The notes below the pieces were generated by a model. It made no database searches and was not told where the DNA came from. It saw only the letters and a program-made list of their open reading frames with translations. Shown here one piece after another: positions 18,664 through 27,801 of a stretch of 64,000 nt of DNA. This DNA comes from Candidatus Altiarchaeota archaeon. Lineage in GTDB: Archaea > Altiarchaeota > Altiarchaeia > IMC4 > SCGC-AAA252-I15. The position numbers and the translations under genes are program-made. Within the stretch, counting starts at the first letter, position 1; every line of letters starts with the position of its first letter. The stretch is taken from positions 21,540-85,539 of the forward strand of contig JAZDMS010000003.1 of assembly GCA_043800705.1 (NCBI GenBank), read 5' to 3'.

Positions 18664-20196
18664 TTACTTGGGGGTCGGTTGGCCGCCGTTCCATTCCCCC
18701 ACTATGTCGACGTCCTCTCCGGATATCTTCGTGCTCCTGCGCCTTATCTTCACGGGTACCGGCATCCTGATGGCGGAGCCTACGATGATGGCCTCGCCCC
18801 TTCCGAGGCTTGGGAGGTCTCTGACTATGTCTTCGGTCACCGTCTCCACCGACTGCCTTATGTACTCCTGGTCCGCGGGATTGACTATCTTCATGATGAT
18901 CTGGGTGTTGCACTGGGAAAGGACGTCGGCGTCGAGCTTGTTCGGCCGCTGGCTGACGACGCAGAGGCCGAGCCCGAACTTGCGGCCTTCCCTCGCGATC
19001 TTGCGGATTATGGTCCTCGATGGGGAGTGGTCGTCTTCGGCCGCCCTCGGGGCGAAGTTGTGGGCCTCCTCCAGTACGATGAATGTCGGGGTCTTGATCC
19101 CGGAGCCGTCCTCCCTCCTCATGTGTCTCTTCCTGCCGTCGAATATGCCGCGGCATATGGCTGCCACGATTATGTTGCTCACCCTCTCGTCAGCCTCAGA
19201 AAGATTGATTACTGTCAGCTGGTTAGCCTTGACTATCTCGTTCAGCGGAGTGCCGTCCATGGAGAAGACGCCCATCCTCTCCAGGCGTTTGATCCTCCTC
19301 ATCAGGGCGCCGACTGTGGAGAGGCCGACCTTCTTGGTGATGCTCTTGAGTATGTCGCTCGGGAAGTTGCGGCCGGCCTCGGATTTCTCCCCTTCCTTCA
19401 CGTCGTAGACGGTCTCGAGGATGTCGTGGACCGTCTTGAGGTCGTATTTGTCGTAGAACCTGTCGGCGAGGCCGAGGACTTCGTCCAGGAGGTCCCGCTG
19501 CGTGCTCGTGAGGTCGGGCATGAGGTTGTTGAAGTCGCCGGTGGAAAGCGACGACACATCGACCTTGATCCTCTTTGGGCCGTCGACGGTGTAAACGGAG
19601 ACGTCCGCTCCCTGGAACTCCATCCCGAGGAACTCGCCGTGGAGGTCGAAGACCACTACCGAGCCCCTCTTGGCCATGAGCTCCTCGACGAGGACGCCGA
19701 CTGTGTAGCTCTTTCCGGCGCCGGTCATCGCAAGCACGGCGCAGTGCCGGCTCACAAGCTCGTTGATGTTCAGATTCACCTTCACGCTCTCTCTTGTCGA
19801 GAGGGTCCCGACACACGCGGATTTCCCCTCATCCTGCTGCAGGATGCCCTTCAGGAGCTCATCGGGCGCCAGATCCACTGTCGATCCGGGCTTGATGCCG
19901 TAGCGGGGTATCTCCAGGCCGTCGCCCGTCTCGACGCCGAGCACCTTGACGACGGGAACCGGATACTCCCCCTCCTTGAGGACGATGTCGGCAAGGCGGA
20001 GGTCGCGGCCGAACTCCTCAGGCAGGAGTTCGTTCGATATGACGATGTCCTTGACGACGCCCAGGATCTTCTTCTTCGACACCGCCTCTTCGACGATGAC
20101 GAACTCGTCGCGCTTGACCTTCCCCTCCTGCCCCTCCTTTATCACGAACCTGAAGGCCCTCAGATTCGTCGCTCCGATGACCTGGCCGACGCCCAT
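18664..20196 (-). CDS. herA: HerA-family ATPase/helicase (HAS barrel plus P-loop)
   Basis: RHCAVLAMTGAGKS, LEEAHNF, IAREGRKFG, SQRP; start uncertain (20196, 20220 or 20229). Confidence 0.88.
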   Translation of the reverse strand: MGVGQVIGATNLRAFRFVIKEGQEGKVKRDEFVIVEEAVSKKKILGVVKDIVISNELLPEEFGRDLRLADIVLKEGEYPVPVVKVLGVETGDGLEIPRYGIKPGSTVDLAPDELLKGILQQDEGKSACVGTLSTRESVKVNLNINELVSRHCAVLAMTGAGKSYTVGVLVEELMAKRGSVVVFDLHGEFLGMEFQGADVSVYTVDGPKRIKVDVSSLSTGDFNNLMPDLTSTQRDLLDEVLGLADRFYDKYDLKTVHDILETVYDVKEGEKSEAGRNFPSDILKSITKKVGLSTVGALMRRIKRLERMGVFSMDGTPLNEIVKANQLTVINLSEADERVSNIIVAAICRGIFDGRKRHMRREDGSGIKTPTFIVLEEAHNFAPRAAEDDHSPSRTIIRKIAREGRKFGLGLCVVSQRPNKLDADVLSQCNTQIIMKIVNPADQEYIRQSVETVTEDIVRDLPSLGRGEAIIVGSAIRMPVPVKIRRRSTKISGEDVDIVGEWNGGQPTPK

Positions 20197-20229
20197 ACCT
20201 AATATAATCGCGCCGGTCATAATTAACAT

Positions 20230-20727
20230 ATGCGCTCACTGGTCGTCGGCCGCTTCCAGCCCCTGCACCTCGGCCATCTGAGGATGATCGAGCATGTGGC
20301 GGAGGAATCGAAGCACCTGGTCATAGGCATCGGAAGCAGCAACAGGGAACCGTCGGCGGATAATCCGTTCACCGCGGGAGAGCGGGAGGAGATGTTTCAG
20401 GGCTCGCTGAAAAGCGGGAAAAAATTCGAACTCGTCCCGATTCCCGACTTCGGAGACGATGAAAAATGGATCGCGTGGATAAAAGAAAACATAGAATTCG
20501 ACGTCTTCTGGACCAACAGCCCCAACGAGCGGAGGATATTCGAGGAGGCGGGCTGCAAGGTGAATCACATCCCGTTCTTCGACAGGGACGAATACTCCGC
20601 CACAGAGGTGAGGCGCAGGATGATGGAAGGCGGCGACTGGGAGAGGCTCGTGCCTGCAGGCACCGCGAAGGTCATCGAACGGTTGGGCGGCGGTCAGCGG
20701 CTGAGGAGCCTCTCAAACGGCGGTTGA
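20230..20727 (+). CDS. nadM: Nicotinamide-nucleotide adenylyltransferase
   Basis: GRFQPLHLGH, NPFTAGER, SATEVRRRM. Confidence 0.93.
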   Translation: MRSLVVGRFQPLHLGHLRMIEHVAEESKHLVIGIGSSNREPSADNPFTAGEREEMFQGSLKSGKKFELVPIPDFGDDEKWIAWIKENIEFDVFWTNSPNERRIFEEAGCKVNHIPFFDRDEYSATEVRRRMMEGGDWERLVPAGTAKVIERLGGGQRLRSLSNGG

Positions 20728-20757
20728 ATTATAAGCCGCAGACGGCGATATGTAATC

Positions 20758-22953
20758 ATGTCCTTCCCCTATCGCAGCGGGAAAATAGGGTGCATAAGCC
20801 TCGTCTTCAGCGTCTTCTCCTTCCTTCTGATATCATACCTCCTATATGACCCCTACGGGTGGCTTGTCGGGCTCATCCTGACAGGCGGCGTATGGTGGCG
20901 GACGCTCATGGTCGTGCCCATCGCATCCTTCCTGATGGGCGCCTACACCCTTTTCGTAACAGACACGCCGAAGAAGGTATCCTTGGCTTCTTTCATCCTG
21001 AGCGCATCATCCGGCTATCTTGGACGGAGCGCCTATGTGCCTCTCGTATTCTTCTTCATCGCCTTGATAGTCCTCTCCAAAAAAGTCCTATTCGAGAGGC
21101 CTGGGCAATCACCGATATATTGGGCCACGATATCCTATCTCTCCATCTTTCTCGTGGCCGTACTTTCCGTGCCGATGGACTATTTATGGCGGCAAGCGAG
21201 ATACATGAACCCGAGCGAGGTCGTCAGCGAATTCCTCCTCAGGATCATCTTTACCATCGCCCCGTTGGCCTACCTCATGAGCGCATTCACCATCCTAAGG
21301 AGCCTATCGGAGCTTGTCCGCCAGCGGAAGGCTCAGACCGTCCTAGCCCTCGTCCTCTGCACTGTCGCGCTCCTGGTGATGACAGGATTCGCTGTATCGT
21401 ACCTGTTTTCGCCGTATGGTCCGCCTCCGGGCGTCCCTGGCTATTGCGTCTCATATGGGAACGTCTCCTGCTTCCATGACAATCTGATATCGCGAGGCGG
21501 AGACGTGTATCTCTCCATAAAAAACGACATGGGATATGACATCTCATTGACGGGCGAAGCTGATGCGGCAGGCTCATGCAAGGGGATAAAACTGGAATCC
21601 CTCAATGACGGGGGTTTCCCCGCTGACCTCCAATATGTCAAAGGCTACGGGGGGTGGGGCATCCTGAGGTTCAAATGCGGAAGCCTCAATGACGATTATT
21701 TCAAAAGCAACATCACCCTCTCCTACATGAACAAATCCGACGGAAGCCGGTCGAAGGCCGTCCTATCGCTGGTCGGCCGCGCTTCCGACGAGAAGCCGAA
21801 CACCAAGCCGGCGATAGACCAGTATTATTCGGATGTCGCGGATTATACCGGCATATCCACCTTATGCACTTCCATCGACGACCTGAAAAAGCAGGGCTCT
21901 TGCGTGAAGAAGCATGCAAAGACGGGGGATGAATGCAAAAACGCCATCGACGTCCCCTCAAAGGAGGATTGTCTCCTCAACGTCGCCAAAAAAATCGGGA
22001 ACGTCTCCCTCTGCTACGGAATATACCGCCCGAACATGATGGACAAGTGTTTCCTCAACGTGGGGACGGCGCGCAATGACGTATCCGCATGCAGAAGGAT
22101 AAGCGACCAGTCGATGCTCTCCTCTTGCCTTGGAACAGTGGCTGCCGCCAGGGAAGATGTTGGCACATGCGTCGGCGACTACCCAGAATGGATGAGTCAG
22201 GCCTGCATACTCGGGGTCGCGCAAATAACGAAAAACGCCACCTTATGCGCTCAGATAAAGGATGCGCTCAGGAAAGACGGCTGCCTCTCTCAGTCATTCG
22301 TCGCAGAAGGGGATTTCAGGCGATGCCAGGAGCTTCAGGCGCCGCAGAACCGCCAATATTGCACCCTGGAGATAGCGAAAAAGACGCAGAATATCAGCCT
22401 CTGCGGTCTTATGTCCGATCAAGCGGCCAAAGACGACTGCCTATACAAGGTGAACGAGGCCGTCCCCGCCAAAGATGGGACTGCTGCGGAATCGTGCGGC
22501 GATATCCAGGATGCGCGGCTGAGGGACAAGTGCTATCTGAGGGAATGGGTGAGGACAAAAGACCCCGGAATATGCGGGAAGATATATTCGGGCGGGGAAA
22601 AGTGGGAGTGCGTGCAGGCCCAAAAACCGGGGGACCTGGGCATCGGCCTCTGCATGCAAATCCCGGAAATCTACGTCCCCCTCACAGAGCCGTACTGCGG
22701 AAACTGCCAGCAGGACAAGGGCTGGGTACAGGCCCGCTGCATAATCCAGGTCGCCAAGAACGCCAAAGACATAGGCATATGCGGCCTCATAAGGGTCGGG
22801 TCCGACTGGGCTGAAATCAAGAACGACGAATGCGTCACGGAGGTGGCGAAGTCGACGAGGGACCTGACGCTCTGCAAGAAGGTGACGGAGGGATGGAGCA
22901 GGAACAACTGCCAGACCGACGTCCTCATAGAGATAAGAAGGCGGGGATCCTGA
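20758..22953 (+). CDS. Multi-TM surface protein with pilin-like beta domain and tandem Cys-rich repeats
   Basis: About 7 TM, then SCFHD...LSIKNDMGYDISLT, then more than 10 repeats of about 25 aa (C..I......D.C...VA). Confidence 0.75.
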   Translation: MSFPYRSGKIGCISLVFSVFSFLLISYLLYDPYGWLVGLILTGGVWWRTLMVVPIASFLMGAYTLFVTDTPKKVSLASFILSASSGYLGRSAYVPLVFFFIALIVLSKKVLFERPGQSPIYWATISYLSIFLVAVLSVPMDYLWRQARYMNPSEVVSEFLLRIIFTIAPLAYLMSAFTILRSLSELVRQRKAQTVLALVLCTVALLVMTGFAVSYLFSPYGPPPGVPGYCVSYGNVSCFHDNLISRGGDVYLSIKNDMGYDISLTGEADAAGSCKGIKLESLNDGGFPADLQYVKGYGGWGILRFKCGSLNDDYFKSNITLSYMNKSDGSRSKAVLSLVGRASDEKPNTKPAIDQYYSDVADYTGISTLCTSIDDLKKQGSCVKKHAKTGDECKNAIDVPSKEDCLLNVAKKIGNVSLCYGIYRPNMMDKCFLNVGTARNDVSACRRISDQSMLSSCLGTVAAAREDVGTCVGDYPEWMSQACILGVAQITKNATLCAQIKDALRKDGCLSQSFVAEGDFRRCQELQAPQNRQYCTLEIAKKTQNISLCGLMSDQAAKDDCLYKVNEAVPAKDGTAAESCGDIQDARLRDKCYLREWVRTKDPGICGKIYSGGEKWECVQAQKPGDLGIGLCMQIPEIYVPLTEPYCGNCQQDKGWVQARCIIQVAKNAKDIGICGLIRVGSDWAEIKNDECVTEVAKSTRDLTLCKKVTEGWSRNNCQTDVLIEIRRRGS

Positions 22954-22978
22954 GCTCACATCAGCCTTTGGGTGTCCC

Positions 22979-23251
22979 CTATCTCCTGTAGATTTTATCG
23001 TGGTGGTCGAAGTCGTAGAAGATGATTTTATCCTCTGGTACGACGTATCTGAATGTCAGCACAAACGGGCCGTTGACATGTACTCTTTTTAGGTGTTGGA
23101 GGGGCTTCTTAAGGTTCTTGTAGTGGTTGATGTCATTACAGGATAGGATCTCATCGATTTTGGCCATGATAGCCTCATATGTCCTCTTGTCTTTCTTCTG
23201 GAGTCTGATCAGTATCCTCTTTAGGTCGTCCTCAAGGGAGAATTCACGCAT
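22979..23251 (-). CDS. RelE/ParE-superfamily toxin
   Basis: HYKNLKKPLQHLKRVHVNGPFVLTF...DFDHHDKIY. Confidence 0.88.
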   Translation of the reverse strand: MREFSLEDDLKRILIRLQKKDKRTYEAIMAKIDEILSCNDINHYKNLKKPLQHLKRVHVNGPFVLTFRYVVPEDKIIFYDFDHHDKIYRR

Positions 23252-23489
23252 CCTCTATCTCCTTCCTCAATTCCTCCAGACTCTTGTAGCTTTTAAATTT
23301 ACCGCTAGCTTCTATTTTCCTGATTTTCTCGATATATTCCGGCCTAAGCTCCGGCTCAAGAAAATTCTCCTCGTATTCGTTCACAACCAGATTAATCGCC
23401 TGGGACTTGTCTTTTAGGCCGTATTTCGCCTTTACTATGTTCAGAATCCTATTGACGTGGTCGTCGATGTTAATCACCGCTTGAACCAT
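23244..23489 (-). CDS. Antitoxin (DUF2683-like)
   Basis: MVQAVINIDDHVNRILNIVKAKYGLKDKSQAI...PELRPEY; overlaps the toxin start. Confidence 0.85.
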   Translation of the reverse strand: MVQAVINIDDHVNRILNIVKAKYGLKDKSQAINLVVNEYEENFLEPELRPEYIEKIRKIEASGKFKSYKSLEELRKEIEDA

Positions 23490-23535
23490 GTTACATCACA
23501 TATATGCCTATGTATGCCGTATATATAAGCATATA

Positions 23536-24189
23536 TTATGCCAGCCCTAGTCCGTCCTCTATCCTCTGCAGCTCTATGGGTGTCGTCTTCGACCCGGTGA
23601 TGTAGCCGTTTCCGTTGGCTAAGAGGCCTGATTTCACGTACGGTATTCCGCAGTTGACTGTCCCCACCATGCCCTTGCATCCCAGTATGCCGTCGAGCTC
23701 CTTCAGCTGGTGTTCGGCGTCCGGGTGGGCGATATAGCCCTTGTTCGTCGCCATCACATATGCTCCGACTTCGATGCGGCCTGCGATGTCGCCGGTGACG
23801 ACCTCGACCCCAAGCACGTCCTCGATGGCCTTGTAGTCCCTGGTGAGGACACTGGAGACGTAGGCCTTTTTGTCGTTCACGGCCATCATGTTCCCCATTG
23901 CCGTGTAGTTGTCCCTGACCTTCAGGACCTCCACGCCGAGCGGCTTCATGAAATTGACGACCGTATCATACTCCATGTCGGAGACGAAGTAGGGCACGAG
24001 GATGCCGTTTGAGTTGCCTGTGCAGAACATGCCGACGAGGTTCGTGCTGTAGGATTTCGCCTTGAGGGTCGGCACCCCGAGTATGCTCTCCTCTTCGAAG
24101 TCGGGGGAAACGAACGCGTATTTGTCCGTGGCGAATCCGAGCAGGCCTATGAAATCCTCCCCCCTTATGTTGACTTGTTCCGCTATCAT
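23536..24189 (-). CDS. eif6: Translation initiation factor 6 (aIF6)
   Basis: GNSNGILVP, MGNMMAVND, GTVNCGIPYVKSGLLAN, TTPIEL; ATG 24189 preceded by AGGTGA. Confidence 0.93.
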   Translation of the reverse strand: MIAEQVNIRGEDFIGLLGFATDKYAFVSPDFEEESILGVPTLKAKSYSTNLVGMFCTGNSNGILVPYFVSDMEYDTVVNFMKPLGVEVLKVRDNYTAMGNMMAVNDKKAYVSSVLTRDYKAIEDVLGVEVVTGDIAGRIEVGAYVMATNKGYIAHPDAEHQLKELDGILGCKGMVGTVNCGIPYVKSGLLANGNGYITGSKTTPIELQRIEDGLGLA

Positions 24190-24194
24190 CCCGT

Positions 24195-24617
24195 TCACCT
24201 TATGTAGCTCGTGTCCGACTCCTTCTCGTTGAGGCTCACCTGGGGCATCGGGATCGGCGAGGGAAGCTTCACGTCCCTGGCAAGGAAGCTCGCCTCGACT
24301 ATGCAGTTCGTCAGTATGGTATTGTGGATGGACTCCGCCATCTCCTTCGGCAGCTTGGTTTTCCCGCTCTTTTCCCACTCGCCGAGGGCCTTCTCTATGT
24401 TCTCCGGGGATTCGTCCACCGTCAGGTCCCCCTCTATCCTTATGATCCCGATGTTCGGCTCATAGGTGGAGCTGAAGACGAACCCTATGCTGAGCTTGTC
24501 CCCCTCCTTCGAGGCGGCGACTATCGTGGAGTTGTTGTTGATGTTGACCTGGCTTCTGACCATGCCGATCCTCCTTGCGTCCAGGTTCTTGAAGGTTATG
24601 TTGAAGTTCATCATCAT
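24195..24617 (-). CDS. Conserved archaeal hypothetical protein
   Basis: 140 aa, NINNNSTI...YEPNIGIIRIEG...LPSPIPMP; upstream of eif6. Confidence 0.75.
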   Translation of the reverse strand: MMMNFNITFKNLDARRIGMVRSQVNINNNSTIVAASKEGDKLSIGFVFSSTYEPNIGIIRIEGDLTVDESPENIEKALGEWEKSGKTKLPKEMAESIHNTILTNCIVEASFLARDVKLPSPIPMPQVSLNEKESDTSYIR

Positions 24618-24660
24618 GTTGTATTATAACTGGGTAACCTTATATAACATCGGTTTAAAA

Positions 24661-25074
24661 ATGCTAGTTGTGGCAACTGGGGTCTTCGAGATCCTGCATC
24701 CGGGCCATCTGAAGTACCTGGAGGAGTCCAAGAAGCTCGGCAGCCGCCTCGTCGTCGTCGTCGCAGCTGACGAGACGGCGACGAAGAGGAAACGGAGGCC
24801 CGTCATCTCGGAGCGCCAGCGCCTGCACATGGTGAAGGCGCTCAAACCGGTAGACGACGCGATAGTCGGCGAAGACGGCGACATCTACGACACGATCGTC
24901 AGGCTCAACCCCGGAATCCTCACGATCGGGCCCGACCAGGACTTCGACCCCAAGGAGGTGGAGGCGAAGCTTCATGAGCGCGGCCTGAAGACGAAGGTCG
25001 TGAAGATCAGGCACTACTGGGACGCGGGCCTGCACTCATCGAGGATAATAGTTGACCTCATAAAAAGACAATGA
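24661..25074 (+). CDS. ribL: FAD synthase (cytidylyltransferase superfamily)
   Basis: ATGVFEILHPGH, LVVVVA, IGPDQ, SSRII. Confidence 0.85.
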   Translation: MLVVATGVFEILHPGHLKYLEESKKLGSRLVVVVAADETATKRKRRPVISERQRLHMVKALKPVDDAIVGEDGDIYDTIVRLNPGILTIGPDQDFDPKEVEAKLHERGLKTKVVKIRHYWDAGLHSSRIIVDLIKRQ

Positions 25075-25433
25075 ATTCGGCCAATTTCCTGAAAGGCAGG
25101 CGGAGCCTGAACGTCTTACTCGTCGTCGCCTGGATGGCTGTGATATTCATGGGGTCGTCCATCCAAAAAGAGGACATGCAGCCCCAGTTCAGTCCGGTTG
25201 CCAAGGTCGGGCACCTGATGGAGTACGCGGTCCTCGGATTCCTTGCGTTCCCGCTCGCCGGCCAGTCGAAGAGGCCGCTTCTGTCCTGCGTCATTTTCTG
25301 CGCCGCCTACGCGGCCTCCGACGAGTTCCATCAGCTCTTCGTCCCAGGCCGCCACGGCACGCCCGTGGACGTATTGATCGACGCCGTCGGGGCGGTGATA
25401 GGCTCTTCTTTGTCCTGGAGGCTGATGGGATGA
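25071..25433 (+). CDS. VanZ-family membrane protein
   Basis: KVGHLMEYAVLG, DEFHQLFVPGR, DVLID. Confidence 0.9.
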   Translation: MNSANFLKGRRSLNVLLVVAWMAVIFMGSSIQKEDMQPQFSPVAKVGHLMEYAVLGFLAFPLAGQSKRPLLSCVIFCAAYAASDEFHQLFVPGRHGTPVDVLIDAVGAVIGSSLSWRLMG

Positions 25434-26428
25434 AGTTCCTCAAGGTGAAGAAGGAGAGGGCCCAGGAATTCCGCAGGAAGATACTGGCGGCAGGCGTCCT
25501 TGACGGTTCGGCGTCGGTCGAGCGGGAGGGCGAACACGTATTTTTCCCCGTGACATCCGATCCGAAGATCAGGGGCGCCGCATTGGTGGAACGGGAGGGC
25601 AAGCGAAGGCAGCGGAGGCCGAGGTCGATGAAGGATGCGCTTAAGGGCATCCTCACCTGCGGGGAGATGGAGAGCCTGCAGAGCTCGTACAACGTCGTCG
25701 GAGACATAGCGATACTCGAGTTCGATGAGGAACTCCTCCCCAAGAGCGGACAGATAGGGGGGGCGATGCTGGAGACGTTCCATAACATCAAGGTCGTCGC
25801 GTTGAAGACCGAACAGGTCTCAGGCGAATACAGGGTTCCCGGAATCAAGGTCTTAGCGGGAGATAACAGGACCGAGACCATCCACAAGGAACACGGCTGC
25901 GTCTACAAGCTGGACGTAGCCGAGGCATACTTCAGCCCGAGGCTCGGACACGAGCGCCTCAGGGTCGTAGAACAGATAAGGGACGGGGAGCGGGTCCTCG
26001 TCATGTTCGCAGGCGTCGGCCCATATGCGGTGCTGGCTGCGAAGATGCGCAAATGCGAGCTCACGGCCGTAGAACTCAACCCCAAAGCGGTCGAATACAT
26101 GCGGTGGAACGTCCTTAGGAACAAGGTCAAAGTCGACGTAATAGAAGGCGATGCGAAGGCCGTCCTCCCGACGCTTGGAAAGTTCGACAGGATCATAATG
26201 CCCTTGCCGAAGCAGGCAGACACATTCCTCAAGGTCACGCTGCCCGCCCTCAAGGCCGGGGGGATGATCCACTACTACACATTCGCCCACAACAGCCTCG
26301 AAGCCACAGGCCACCTCGCCGAGACCGTTGCCACCCTAGGTGGGAGGATCAGGGTCGAAGACGCAGTGGAATGCGGAAGCTACAGCCCCTGCATGGCCAG
26401 GTACTGCGTGGACTTCACTTTACAGTAA
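25430..26428 (+). CDS. trm5: tRNA (guanine37-N1)-methyltransferase, Trm5/TYW2 family
   Basis: VVGDIAI, ETIHKEHG, YFSPRLGHER, MFAGVGPY, ELNP, IIMPLP. Confidence 0.88.
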   Translation: MKFLKVKKERAQEFRRKILAAGVLDGSASVEREGEHVFFPVTSDPKIRGAALVEREGKRRQRRPRSMKDALKGILTCGEMESLQSSYNVVGDIAILEFDEELLPKSGQIGGAMLETFHNIKVVALKTEQVSGEYRVPGIKVLAGDNRTETIHKEHGCVYKLDVAEAYFSPRLGHERLRVVEQIRDGERVLVMFAGVGPYAVLAAKMRKCELTAVELNPKAVEYMRWNVLRNKVKVDVIEGDAKAVLPTLGKFDRIIMPLPKQADTFLKVTLPALKAGGMIHYYTFAHNSLEATGHLAETVATLGGRIRVEDAVECGSYSPCMARYCVDFTLQ

Positions 26429-26433
26429 TACCA

Positions 26434-27786
26434 CTATCTATTGTGCTGCTGCCTCTTGATGTCATATGCATCGCGGAGCATTTTTTGAAGTATTAAATAC
26501 TCGATTCGCCCTGATGGATATGCTCTCTGCTGTTTGAGCATTCCGTCTATTACCGCCTGCTTTTCCGTCTTGGTGGTATCAGTCCATTCCCTATGAAGGG
26601 GGTGCTTGAAGAACCTCGGCCACTCATCAGACATGTAAAAGCCGAGCACTTGTCCTTCGTGAAAAATCCTGAACAATCCCTTATAGACGTCGAAAACCAT
26701 CGGCTTCTCGCGCTCCACCAGTATCGCCTCATCGGCGGACCTGATCAGGGCTGCAAGGTCCGAAACCGCCGCTCCGCCCCCGGTCTTCTGAGCCTCAGCC
26801 ATCCGCCACCTGGTGTGCTCCATCTCCCCCAGGTCCGCAGGATTACAAACCCCCTTAGATTTCACGTAGAATCCCGGCTTCACATCTACCGCTCCATTCT
26901 TCAAGTACATGTAACCGGTTTCAGACTCCCCATCAATTTTAACGAAAACACCCCCCCTGAAATTGCTGGTGTCGGGGTATTCCGCCTCCTTTCCATCATG
27001 TCCCTCAGCCCAATAGACAAGAGATTCTATTGGGCCTCCGTATGGGATCTTAATATTAGCCGCCATCTGCTTCATGGTTTCTACGGCAGCTCTTTCCTCC
27101 TCGTCTGTCGGGCCTCTCCACTTGGGGAAAATCCCGCCGGTGGATATTTTTATCTCCGTCTTGGGGGTCGTATGAACGTCTTTTTTGAATGTTACCCTGT
27201 ATCTTACCCCATTTTTCGGTGTTGGCAACATCAACGCTCCTGTTTCATGTTCGTAGGTCTGTTCCTCAGCGGGCGCCGAACCCAGGGGCCTTCGAAGCAG
27301 TGCCACAACCCGCTTCCAGTCACGTCTTTTAGCAGCCGTCCTCTTTTTCCCGTCATCCACTTCGATGGCTTCTATTATGTCCTGCAGTGCCATAGAGGAT
27401 GTGTTCAATGTGGCGGACGCCTTTTGGCCGCCAGGCAACTTGAATGCGAGGCGCTTTTTTTCATGGTCATAGTCGATTCCCAGCTCACGGTATATATCCG
27501 TTCTTGTAGTCGCGATCCGACTCATCAATTTGGGCAATCTATCGGAGGGCATATCCCCCCAAAGGATACCTTCACGCTCGACGACTAGGCCTTTATGCTT
27601 ATCCTCCAGTTTCCGCACTGCGAAATAGTCTATCTCCCTTTTCATCGCCTTCCATTCTCTATCTCGGCATATCCTAATAAATAGCCTACCATCCGGCCTC
27701 AGGGTCGGCATCTTCCGGATGGGAAGAGGGCGCAGTCTACTGCCAGCGAGCGACAAACGGCCCTTGAGGCTTTTATCAGGGGGCAT
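26434..27786 (-). CDS. Hypothetical protein
   Basis: 450-aa ORF filling the gap between conserved genes; no recognised family. Confidence 0.65.
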   Translation of the reverse strand: MPPDKSLKGRLSLAGSRLRPLPIRKMPTLRPDGRLFIRICRDREWKAMKREIDYFAVRKLEDKHKGLVVEREGILWGDMPSDRLPKLMSRIATTRTDIYRELGIDYDHEKKRLAFKLPGGQKASATLNTSSMALQDIIEAIEVDDGKKRTAAKRRDWKRVVALLRRPLGSAPAEEQTYEHETGALMLPTPKNGVRYRVTFKKDVHTTPKTEIKISTGGIFPKWRGPTDEEERAAVETMKQMAANIKIPYGGPIESLVYWAEGHDGKEAEYPDTSNFRGGVFVKIDGESETGYMYLKNGAVDVKPGFYVKSKGVCNPADLGEMEHTRWRMAEAQKTGGGAAVSDLAALIRSADEAILVEREKPMVFDVYKGLFRIFHEGQVLGFYMSDEWPRFFKHPLHREWTDTTKTEKQAVIDGMLKQQRAYPSGRIEYLILQKMLRDAYDIKRQQHNR

Positions 27787-27801
27787 AGTATATCATAAAC
27801 T

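Noticed and set aside
18679-20202. 507-aa plus-strand ORF and similar long antisense ORFs (738-1877, 5387-6205, 26593-27588, 38160-39026)
   Set aside because: Shadow frames opposite better-supported genes in GC-rich DNA; no recognisable motifs
24190-24378. N-terminal extension of aIF6 in the ORF track
   Set aside because: Overlaps the upstream gene in another frame; ATG 24189 has a ribosome-binding site and gives normal length
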